IMG/VR virus record: IMGVR_UViG_3300036833_000068
Coordinates: 1-32,153 of that record
Reading direction: 5' to 3' (one strand)
DNA from: a virus
Lineage: Duplodnaviria > Caudoviricetes
DNA length: 32,153 nt
The stretch's first letter is position 1. Every line of letters starts with the position of its first letter. Made by a program: the position numbers and the translations under genes. The notes under the pieces were generated by a model. It was not told where the DNA came from. It did not search any database and worked only from the letters and a program-made list of their open reading frames with translations. This document shows positions 1-7,247 of the stretch, piece by piece.

Positions 1-59
1 GTTTAGACCGAGAGCCTTTAAGGCTACCCGAAGGGTATATTCGGCTGGGTTAGCGGATG

Positions 60-260
60 CTAACATACTCTCTCATGTATACCTTGTAACCAAGAATATT
101 GTTTATCGGATATATAGGTGGATTGACCATACTTAGTTAGGCGTTCGTCTAATCCAGTTATGAATTCCTTTTCTTTGCTGTTTAGTTCTTCGTAGAAGTT
201 ACGTATATCCTCTAAAAGAGTTTGGCATTCCGCTACCCGTTCTTGTTCAAAACTAGTCAT
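60..260 (-). CDS. small hypothetical phage protein (66 aa)
   Basis: ATGA overlap with the stop of the upstream ABC-GNAT gene; helical pattern LNSKEKEFI...ISDKQYSWLQGI resembles small phage proteins. Confidence 0.75.
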   Translation of the reverse strand: MTSFEQERVAECQTLLEDIRNFYEELNSKEKEFITGLDERLTKYGQSTYISDKQYSWLQGIHERVC

Positions 261-1837
261 CCGTTTGTCCCTTCTACTACGTATTTTGGGTCTATACCGC
301 CATTAATTAACATCGCTGCATCCGCAGGGTTCATCGCAGGTCCGATATACATAAAAACGGCACATCGCCTTCCACCGAAACCTCCGACACTTGAGGTATT
401 ACCTGCCCTGGGCGAGAACGTTCCGCTGTTCTTAACTTGCATCCAATCACGACTTCGTTGATAGGATCGTATCCAGGCGGGGTGATTTGGGTAAGAATGA
501 AGTCTCTTTCCCAAAGCCTTATATGCCGAGGCGACGGTTGTAGCGAGCACGAAAGCCAAACCGAGTCCTTGAAAGTCCGGTAACGTAACCATTCGAGTGA
601 AACCGTATATGTCATTGACGCGGGGATGTGGTCGGTAAAGGACGCCACACATAGAAGCAATTCGATATCCTCCAGTTGATTTAGGTACATCTGTGCCCAT
701 TTGTTGAATTGTTGAGATTGCTGTTGGAATATTGCTTGTTTCATCGCTCGGAGTTGTTGTTGTTGTGTCTGATGCGTCATCTGCGCGAAATACCATGTCC
801 GAATGTCCAACGCTGACTGGCACGGCGGAGGGAATCCGTGATCCTGTATCAGCTCTTGTGATATTTCCACTCCAGTATTTACGTGAACGTAGCTCTTGGT
901 TAGGAATCTGTAAGTCCATCCCTGCGGCGCTTTCTTCTGGATTGGTATGCTCGCTTGTGCCTGTTGATTCCTTCGTTCTCTCCCTACCTGAATTCGTAGT
1001 TGGATTATTTTCTTCCTTAGATTTTCTACGTAATGGACTGGACTCATCCGACGGATCGCCTCCGTCAGTTCGTCCTCCGTATCCTTCAACTGCTGCTGGA
1101 GTGGAGACAAAGATGCCATAACACCTCGCAGCGCGGTTAAGATCCGCGCTCATATAATGAAATTCACGGAAAAGCTTCCAAGTTTCGTATTTAACTCTTG
1201 AAATTGAGACATTAATTGGTGGTCTACGTTGAAGGGACCTCCAAGTAAATTTACATGGATTACTGGGTTCGAGGATCCAGTCTGGCTGGAGCCAGTCGAT
1301 TATGTCGTAGTGACAAGAAGCTACGACGAGGCGCTTGTTTTTCTCACGCACGTATTTCTGGACAGCATGACAAGTAATCTGTGCGACTTGTCTATCAACG
1401 ACTGAGGTGTACTCGTCAATAGTAATAGGAAACCGATTGTCCAGAAGATGACGCGCAATAGAAGCCCTAAACTTTTCCCCATTAGAAAGGACGTTATAAG
1501 GACGTAACCAAGCAGGGATTGTGTTAAAACCAACGGATTGACATACACGTGAAATGTCCTCCATGGTACAAACCGATGGAAAATCGTCAATGACGCTTCT
1601 GGAACCCCATTCGAGGTCCTCAGGTACGCCAAAGTACTGGTTGAGAATAAGAGTCTTTCCAGAACCCGAAGGGCCAACGATGAGTCCGATGTTATAATCT
1701 CGACTTCCATCTAGGGGTACCTCGCCAGTTAAAGAGACGTGGAGTTTGTCGTTAATGGGGACCTCGAACATGGAGCTGAGCATTTCGACTCGGTTTGTTT
1801 TTAGGATGTCACATTCTTTGTGAATGTCTATTTTCAT
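257..1837 (-). CDS. ABC-type ATPase fused to a C-terminal GNAT acetyltransferase-like domain (putative DNA-modification enzyme), with a ~140-aa insertion in the GNAT domain
   Basis: Walker A GPSGSGKT, signature LSNGEKFRA, Walker B ITIDEYTS, H-loop ASCH; GNAT elements FREFHYMS and RMVTLPDFQGLGLA (acetyl-CoA motif A); ATGA overlap with the ParB gene. Confidence 0.85.
   Translation of the reverse strand: MKIDIHKECDILKTNRVEMLSSMFEVPINDKLHVSLTGEVPLDGSRDYNIGLIVGPSGSGKTLILNQYFGVPEDLEWGSRSVIDDFPSVCTMEDISRVCQSVGFNTIPAWLRPYNVLSNGEKFRASIARHLLDNRFPITIDEYTSVVDRQVAQITCHAVQKYVREKNKRLVVASCHYDIIDWLQPDWILEPSNPCKFTWRSLQRRPPINVSISRVKYETWKLFREFHYMSADLNRAARCYGIFVSTPAAVEGYGGRTDGGDPSDESSPLRRKSKEENNPTTNSGRERTKESTGTSEHTNPEESAAGMDLQIPNQELRSRKYWSGNITRADTGSRIPSAVPVSVGHSDMVFRADDASDTTTTTPSDETSNIPTAISTIQQMGTDVPKSTGGYRIASMCGVLYRPHPRVNDIYGFTRMVTLPDFQGLGLAFVLATTVASAYKALGKRLHSYPNHPAWIRSYQRSRDWMQVKNSGTFSPRAGNTSSVGGFGGRRCAVFMYIGPAMNPADAAMLINGGIDPKYVVEGTNG
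331..1119 (-). CDS. candidate nested gene in the +1 frame inside the ABC-GNAT gene; Gln-rich helical protein
   Basis: 262 open codons; ATG preceded by GAGGTGTT; the first ~150 aa read as an amphipathic helical protein exactly where the host frame is low-complexity. Confidence 0.55.
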   Translation of the reverse strand: MASLSPLQQQLKDTEDELTEAIRRMSPVHYVENLRKKIIQLRIQVGRERRNQQAQASIPIQKKAPQGWTYRFLTKSYVHVNTGVEISQELIQDHGFPPPCQSALDIRTWYFAQMTHQTQQQQLRAMKQAIFQQQSQQFNKWAQMYLNQLEDIELLLCVASFTDHIPASMTYTVSLEWLRYRTFKDSVWLSCSLQPSPRHIRLWERDFILTQITPPGYDPINEVVIGCKLRTAERSRPGQVIPQVSEVSVEGDVPFLCISDLR

Positions 1838-2562
1838 GCCACAATCGGGCTACACGTAAGGCCCGCTCCTCTGAACTGCGTTAGTAAGGCGATTTGGTGT
1901 TGTTCGCTTTCACACTCGACGAGGATTTTATAGATTAAGGGCTTCGCCGTAGGCGTTAGGGACATCCCAGAATGAATACGTATGGCTAATTCTAGTTTAC
2001 GCTTCGCGGCTTCTCGCGAGGGTTCATTCTTTAGAATAGGGAACCTCTCGATAAGAGCGGCCGTTTCAAGGTCCTGTGATGTAGTGGAAGCGTTTTCGTT
2101 TAGGAGCTCTGCGAGCTTACGGACACCGAAGCCTGCTGGCTTTAGACCCAACTGAACACCTTTTTCAGGTTGACCAGGTTTAGGGGCGCCATAAATCTTC
2201 TCATACGTTTGGAGAAGACGTTGTTTACCGAGAACTTCTTCACTCCATGTCATGGCTTTACGTCGAATGTTTTCTTCTAGTTCTACAGCGGTCCGTCTAT
2301 AAACGTCCGCTGCTAATTCGGAGCGCCATAGATAGTGGGTGCCGTGCTCCAATTGAGTGATGCCCAACTTCTTAAGCGCCTCGAAGCGGCGGTGCCCCGC
2401 GACTAACATAAATGAATCGTTATCGCTAGAGGTTAGCGTTATGGGATTTATTAGCCCGTTTTCGGCGATTGACTTAGCAAGGTTATCTATGTCGCCCATT
2501 TCGCTTCTCATTCGATTTGACACAAGAACTTCGGAGACTGGAATATCTTGTAGTTGTTCCAT
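1834..2562 (-). CDS. ParB/Srx N-terminal domain protein with HTH and short C-terminal domain
   Basis: LAKSIAENGLINPI, LVAGHRRFEALKKLG, ELEENIRRK; C-terminal YKILVECESEQHQ..LLTQFRGAGLTC resembles the tail of ParB proteins encoded next to phage ABC-GNAT genes. Confidence 0.9.
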   Translation of the reverse strand: MEQLQDIPVSEVLVSNRMRSEMGDIDNLAKSIAENGLINPITLTSSDNDSFMLVAGHRRFEALKKLGITQLEHGTHYLWRSELAADVYRRTAVELEENIRRKAMTWSEEVLGKQRLLQTYEKIYGAPKPGQPEKGVQLGLKPAGFGVRKLAELLNENASTTSQDLETAALIERFPILKNEPSREAAKRKLELAIRIHSGMSLTPTAKPLIYKILVECESEQHQIALLTQFRGAGLTCSPIVA

Positions 2563-2582
2563 TTAGAACCTTTCGATTTTAG

Positions 2583-2606
2583 AGAGGGAGGTTTTACCCT
2601 CCCTCT
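2583..2606 (-). promoter_or_regulatory. 9-bp purine/pyrimidine stem-loop AGAGGGAGG-GTAAAA-CCTCCCTCT
   Basis: perfect inverted repeat between the SSB-like and ParB genes; no clear U-tract. Confidence 0.55.
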
Positions 2607-2607
2607 T

Positions 2608-2628
2608 AGTGTTTAGCTTCTAAACACT
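2608..2628. promoter_or_regulatory. 21-bp palindromic operator-like site, copy 1 (AGTGTTTAG-CTT-CTAAACACT)
   Basis: perfect 9-bp inverted repeat; related copies at 11148, 14383, 15874 and 26577. Confidence 0.65.
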
Positions 2629-3093
2629 TTACTTCGCTAACCCGGATGCATGCTTCGTATTGCACTTATCACCCAACGCACAGAACCATTGGTCAATCTT
2701 TGAAGAGTCCTTACCGTTGTAGGTAGTCTTCTTCAGCATAACCTTGGCTACGCCTCCGGTGAGCGGGCCTACGTACTGCCATTCACTCGGTTTGTCGTCG
2801 GGTCCCATGAATTCACCTGGGAGATCCCCGCCACCATTCGCATTCGGAACTAACGGTTGTCCGAAAGCGTGACAGACGCTTTCTAGGATCCAGGCTGCAC
2901 CCGTGTTCATGTTGTCGAATACACGCTTTCCGTTTAGGGTAGCATGATTGACAATCTTAAGCACAGGGTTTAGATTCACGGAGTCGCCATTCTTGGAAGC
3001 CTTCGGTTCAAAGTTCTCCAGCCGAAGTTCGTACAAGCCGTCTGGATATACGTTTCCCGATAGGTCTTCCTTAGAGTAGCTGATTTTTGCCAT
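2629..3093 (-). CDS. DUF669-like phage single-stranded DNA-binding protein
   Basis: YPDGLYELRLENFEPKASKNG...GKRVFDNM pattern; directly downstream of the Sak4-like ATPase; RBS AAAGGA. Confidence 0.7.
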   Translation of the reverse strand: MAKISYSKEDLSGNVYPDGLYELRLENFEPKASKNGDSVNLNPVLKIVNHATLNGKRVFDNMNTGAAWILESVCHAFGQPLVPNANGGGDLPGEFMGPDDKPSEWQYVGPLTGGVAKVMLKKTTYNGKDSSKIDQWFCALGDKCNTKHASGLAK

Positions 3094-3122
3094 TTTCGTT
3101 GTCCTTTCGTCGTTACGTCGTT

Positions 3123-4007
3123 TTATTTGTATTTACCTGACGGTACTACTGCCAAGTTTCCAGTGCCTTGCGGCATTGAAAGTCGTTGATGATGCTTTTT
3201 AATCATCTCCTCAATAGACGGTTCTTCAACCGGATCCAGCAGCATCGTAGTTGCGGCGTCCATTGAGAAGTCTGGGAGAGGATACACACGAGGCAAATAC
3301 CGAACACCATCCCGAGAAGGAATAGGGGTAAGTCGTACTCGCCAGACTTCGTTGAAGTACTTGAGTAACATCTTGTAACGAACGGGATAGATACTAACAC
3401 GACCAGTATATTTAGGCTTTTCATCGGTGGAGTCCACACTTTCTTCTGCGGCTTCGTGAAAGGTACAATAGACGTTAATGGGGAGAGCAAAAGCACGGAA
3501 TACTACGGCTGCTACTCCCTCCATCTCAGCCTTCCAGGCGTCGTAGTTCTTGGGGACATGTATTTCGAGGTTAGGACCAATCTTGATTGAACGCCGTAAG
3601 GCTTCGTTGTTGTACATTTCATATTTTTGCATACAACTCGCAAAACTTGACATGGAGTCGAACATTAAAGACTCAACCATCGTACCTTCTTTAGCCTCGG
3701 GGAAAAGAAGGGTGCCATTCTTGTTTTTTAATTGTGAAAGGTCCAGCGAGTTTTCGAGACCGGACATAATGTCCAGTGCCTCTTCAGCGGCTTCTGGCAT
3801 TCTAGGGTACTTGGGGTCGCTTAATGTGATGGCGTATACGCCTTTCTTGCCCGCCACCGCTTCACGTCGTTGGTCGAAGTCGAGGAAGAGCTTAATGCCG
3901 GGAGCCGTACTACATAGAACGGACTTACCGTTCTTCTCGGCGCCTATCATAGCGACCCTTAAACGGCCAGTTGATATTTCGTGTTCCATGTTTTTAGCTT
4001 CTATCAT
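3123..4007 (-). CDS. AAA_24 / Sak4-like P-loop ATPase (single-strand annealing recombinase)
   Basis: Walker A GAEKNGKS, LFLDFD, Walker B LMFDSMS, CTFHE; lies between a nuclease and an SSB-like gene. Confidence 0.8.
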   Translation of the reverse strand: MIEAKNMEHEISTGRLRVAMIGAEKNGKSVLCSTAPGIKLFLDFDQRREAVAGKKGVYAITLSDPKYPRMPEAAEEALDIMSGLENSLDLSQLKNKNGTLLFPEAKEGTMVESLMFDSMSSFASCMQKYEMYNNEALRRSIKIGPNLEIHVPKNYDAWKAEMEGVAAVVFRAFALPINVYCTFHEAAEESVDSTDEKPKYTGRVSIYPVRYKMLLKYFNEVWRVRLTPIPSRDGVRYLPRVYPLPDFSMDAATTMLLDPVEEPSIEEMIKKHHQRLSMPQGTGNLAVVPSGKYK

Positions 4008-5024
4008 TTAATCGTCATTCTCCTTTAATTCTTTCTCTGTACGACCTGGAATCCAGGGCTCCCTTTTCTTGTAATTAGCGGCGATTACAACTAGACGAAC
4101 CGCAGGTGTTTTCTCGTGAATGTCCCTAAAAGGACATACTTTGTAATAGAAACTGGAACAGGCAGTTTCATTCCACTGCCACGTATTCGTCTCTATAGAG
4201 TTTCGGAGTAACTCGGCTTGTTGAAGTCTTCGTCGCTTCCATTCATCGAGTTCGTCGGGGGTGTAGGATATAAGAAAACGTTTGAATCTCGGAAACTTAC
4301 CTGAATCGGTTTTATCCGTCCTATCAGTACGTGCCACGCAATTAATAATCGCCCTATCAATAGGAAAATCGAGCGAGAGAGACTTGGCCAGTATTTGCCC
4401 AGCGATGATATACCCAGGTATTTGCACATCCGGTTTATACTTATTTGACGTGTATGCGTCAATCCAACCAGTTGACTTATGATCGACGGGTAGGACTCGT
4501 CCGTCTGAAATGACATATAAATCGGGCTGTCCCATCCAGTAAAGGACGATTTTGTCTGTTTCTCCAATGCAAACCTCCTTATTTCGGCCGAACGAAGCCT
4601 CTGCGGCGAGAATCTTCCATGTACGATAATCAATTGGTAACTGGCGTGTCGCGTATTCGCTAATCATTGTTAGAGCGCCGTAGCGACCACCAAATTCTTT
4701 GTATTGTTTGAGGTGAAGGGCTTCTAGTTCGTCGAGTTTTAATTCGTTCCATACACGCATGGAGAGTGCGATAAATTCGCTGGGTTGGAGAGGTTTATTA
4801 TGGAATTGGGCCGTGTAAACCTCTTCCATAACGCGACTCCACCAGGAGCCGAGATTCATGGCGAAGGGCTTTTCACCTTTTGGAACTAGATTCTCGATAA
4901 AGGATTCTTTGAACATCGCGGGACAAGCACCGTAGACGCGTGCCATTGTGGCGTCTAGAAAGATGTCCCAGCGACCATCGGGTCTTATCTCATATAACTG
5001 GCCGGGCTTAATAGTATCTGTCAT
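4008..5024 (-). CDS. PD-(D/E)XK RecB/Cas4-like exonuclease
   Basis: N-terminal ACP, AAEASF, GQPDL...VDHKS, QIPGY, C-terminal CSSFYYKVCPFRDIH. Confidence 0.85.
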   Translation of the reverse strand: MTDTIKPGQLYEIRPDGRWDIFLDATMARVYGACPAMFKESFIENLVPKGEKPFAMNLGSWWSRVMEEVYTAQFHNKPLQPSEFIALSMRVWNELKLDELEALHLKQYKEFGGRYGALTMISEYATRQLPIDYRTWKILAAEASFGRNKEVCIGETDKIVLYWMGQPDLYVISDGRVLPVDHKSTGWIDAYTSNKYKPDVQIPGYIIAGQILAKSLSLDFPIDRAIINCVARTDRTDKTDSGKFPRFKRFLISYTPDELDEWKRRRLQQAELLRNSIETNTWQWNETACSSFYYKVCPFRDIHEKTPAVRLVVIAANYKKREPWIPGRTEKELKENDD

Positions 5025-5623
5025 GGGGTCTTAGGTTTCTCCTTTTGCTTCGCTAACATAAGCAACACATTGGCAATAGCGTCTTTATTTAAGCCAAGTT
5101 TATTCAGCGATTTTAATGCATCCTTGGCTACTTCAATTCTTGCACTGGCGTCTGTGGCGGAGATTTTGTTTGCTTTGTGGGCGTCGTCAACGGCTTCAAT
5201 TAACATTCTACGACGCGTCTTACGCGTATGTCGCGCCTCCTTTTCATTTTCCGCCTGAGAATGGATTATGCGACGGTAGTCGAGAATCATCTCGGCTTCG
5301 TGGACTGCGTTTTTAAGGGCGGTTAACTTAGATTCAAGTTCTACATCGGTCATCTTGGAGATAACGTCGCGCGAACGCATCCAGGCTTCGCCAGTTAAAA
5401 CAAGTTTAGTTCCTTGGTGTTTCACACCTTCGGTGTCGATTAATGGTTGCTTGTCTATTTTAGTGTTGTCATGCGCAACACAAACGGTACACAAAGCTGG
5501 GTCGTAGAGAGATGCGTGATCGGCGCAGAAGGGTTGTGAACAGGATTTACACGTCCCACAAATCATACCTATGTCGTCTGCTCTACCACATACATGACAA
5601 TGTGTTTTACCGTTTTCACTCAC
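5021..5623 (-). CDS. B-box-like zinc-finger plus coiled-coil protein
   Basis: start reassigned to GTG at 5623 (AAGGAG 7 nt upstream); CHVC..CKSC...FCADH...CTVC followed by a helical, basic C-terminus. Confidence 0.75.
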   Translation of the reverse strand: MSENGKTHCHVCGRADDIGMICGTCKSCSQPFCADHASLYDPALCTVCVAHDNTKIDKQPLIDTEGVKHQGTKLVLTGEAWMRSRDVISKMTDVELESKLTALKNAVHEAEMILDYRRIIHSQAENEKEARHTRKTRRRMLIEAVDDAHKANKISATDASARIEVAKDALKSLNKLGLNKDAIANVLLMLAKQKEKPKTP

Positions 5624-6101
5624 GGTCAGGCTCCTTTGTGGCGCTGAGGGCGGCTTCCAGCGCATCCCATAGTCCACGTCGAAATACATCTTTTTGATTT
5701 GCCTCAAGCCATTTAATAGCAGATGCTAACTTAGTTTCGGCGTTCTCTGCCCTTTTAAGTAAGGAACTACAAGAGGCACCTAGATGTTCTACTGAATGTG
5801 TTAGCGCCCGCACTCGCTCATTGGCAGGCGTCCCCATCTCCACCGTAGGCTGGCCCGACTGGACGTAGAAGGACTCGCCGCAGCCACCGCCACCAATTGT
5901 TTCCCATAACTCATCGGCGCAACGAGCTAAGTCTTTTGAGCCTGTTTTCTCTGCTTCGCGGTGCCAATTGTTATAGAGTTGACCCAGGTCGTCATCAGGA
6001 CGACCGCACACATACCGCCTTGACTCGCTACCGCCGTCCATCGTCCCGCTCTGTTTGGTTAGGTGGATGTGGGGGCACTGTTGCTTGTTAATTTCGTTCA
6101 T
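5616..6101 (-). CDS. hypothetical protein
   Basis: 161 codons, RBS AGGAG, 8-nt overlap with the downstream gene. Confidence 0.7.
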   Translation of the reverse strand: MNEINKQQCPHIHLTKQSGTMDGGSESRRYVCGRPDDDLGQLYNNWHREAEKTGSKDLARCADELWETIGGGGCGESFYVQSGQPTVEMGTPANERVRALTHSVEHLGASCSSLLKRAENAETKLASAIKWLEANQKDVFRRGLWDALEAALSATKEPDRE

Positions 6102-6110
6102 GGCTAACTC

Positions 6111-6407
6111 CTAGCTGTTACGTAAATCGTAAATCAGTGCTTCCCGTGGCGTCATATTATCGTTATAGAAGCTCAACCACTCAGACTCCTCTACTGCTCC
6201 CGGCTTAACAGCGGCTTCACATACCGAGCCGACCGGAAAGCCAAATTCATTAACAGCGATTTTATGAAGTTCACGCATCCATTCTGAGAATGACAGTTTT
6301 TGTGGCTCACGAACTGGAAAACCTTTTAACGGCTTCATTGTTGTCTCCTCCACTTCTGCTTTACCGTGACACTCGTTGTACGGCCCTTCGTGGGTGTAGC
6401 CGCTCAT
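6111..6407 (-). CDS. hypothetical protein (alternative start at 6338)
   Basis: ATGA overlap at 6404-6407; GGAGGAG precedes an in-frame ATG at 6338; W...Y.D.MTP.EA-type C-terminus. Confidence 0.7.
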   Translation of the reverse strand: MSGYTHEGPYNECHGKAEVEETTMKPLKGFPVREPQKLSFSEWMRELHKIAVNEFGFPVGSVCEAAVKPGAVEESEWLSFYNDNMTPREALIYDLRNS

Positions 6408-6559
6408 GGCCGTTTATCTCCAAGGAATCCGCTTACCCAGCCGGTTAGTTTGCCATCGGAGTAGCCGATAAAGTAGAAGCCGAGCGCGACGGTCGGGCAC
6501 ACAATGAGAATGAAAAAGTTTGCTACAACTCGCATGGTGAAAGGGTCAAGTGCGCTCAT
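6404..6559 (-). CDS. small single-pass membrane protein (51 aa)
   Basis: start reassigned to ATG 6559 (AAGGAG RBS, ATGA overlap); hydrophobic VVANFFILIVCPTVALGFYFIGY. Confidence 0.7.
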   Translation of the reverse strand: MSALDPFTMRVVANFFILIVCPTVALGFYFIGYSDGKLTGWVSGFLGDKRP

Positions 6560-7056
6560 TTGCTCTCCTTGGGGGCTAGCTTGGCGATAAGGGCGTCCAA
6601 CTCGTCGGCGCACTGAAACTGATTCACACGCGCTATTTCGCTTACAGGACGCTGAATATTATTCCACTCCTTGCTATACCGCTCCGGACGGTCGCGCCAC
6701 TTCGCACTCAGTTCCCGCAACTCGGCGGTCAGATCGGGCACCGCCGCACGCTCGGCTTGACCTGCTGCGTGGGCTGCGCGTCGTCCTAGTTCTTGAACGA
6801 GTAGTTCTACGCAATTATGGCCAGCGTTATCTCGCACTAGTTTTTCAAGGTCTATTCCATATTCCTTTGCCCAAGTAAAACAAGGGAGAATGTATTCTCG
6901 TTCATACTCTTTCCACTTCTGTTCATCGACTCGCGCATCGAACACAGGCGTGGCCGCACTGCTAGAAACCTCAGCGTTCCATTTAGGACCAAAGCGTTCT
7001 TTGCCGTAGTTGACATTTTGGCTCATCGGCACCCTCTTCTCAGTCTCTCGGCTCAT
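6556..7056 (-). CDS. hypothetical protein
   Basis: open frame in the coupled run; GGGAG 7 nt before ATG 7056. Confidence 0.7.
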   Translation of the reverse strand: MSRETEKRVPMSQNVNYGKERFGPKWNAEVSSSAATPVFDARVDEQKWKEYEREYILPCFTWAKEYGIDLEKLVRDNAGHNCVELLVQELGRRAAHAAGQAERAAVPDLTAELRELSAKWRDRPERYSKEWNNIQRPVSEIARVNQFQCADELDALIAKLAPKESK

Positions 7057-7234
7057 GGCCATCTCCCTTACAGTAAGGGCATGTTATTTCTTCTTCTCCA
7101 GTACAGCCGCAAGTCATGCAACCTTGCCGTATCCACCCGTGGGAAGCATCCCCAGAGCCATCGCAGACATGACACTTTTTCTTACGTTTGCCAGTCCCGT
7201 TGCAAAAGCGACATTTGCGCTCAGTCTCTCGGCT
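7039..7234. repeat. 15-bp direct repeat CTCAGTCTCTCGGCT at 7039-7053 and 7220-7234
   Basis: identical 15-mers bracketing the zinc-finger ORF. Confidence 0.85.
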
Positions 7235-7246
7235 TGGCTGTTTCAT
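7040..7246 (-). CDS. DnaJ-type cysteine-rich (CxxCxGxG) zinc-finger protein
   Basis: four repeats: CRFCNGTG, CHVCDGSG, CMTCGCTG, CPYCKGDG; starts 1 nt after the FtsK stop. Confidence 0.85.
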   Translation of the reverse strand: MKQPSRETERKCRFCNGTGKRKKKCHVCDGSGDASHGWIRQGCMTCGCTGEEEITCPYCKGDGHEPRD

Positions 7247-7247
7247 G

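Noticed and set aside
670-1105. Intein or self-splicing intron as the explanation for the GNAT insertion
   Set aside because: No intein N-terminal block or His-Asn/Cys-Ser-Thr junction, no homing-endonuclease motif, and no group I/II core recognisable by eye; a covariance-model search is still needed to exclude an intron fully
732-1121. Plus-strand 129-aa ORF across the insertion
   Set aside because: Antisense to the operon, no RBS, and its composition mirrors the CAA repeats
257-1837. ABC transporter subunit
   Set aside because: No permease nearby; the GNAT fusion and ParB linkage fit a soluble enzyme
1939-1951. Near-copy of the late-promoter palindrome (AGGGCTTCGCCGT) inside the ParB gene
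   Set aside because: Imperfect, within coding sequence, plausibly chance
4008-5024. CRISPR-Cas locus (Cas4)
   Set aside because: No repeat-spacer array or other cas genes; the context is a Sak4-SSB recombination module
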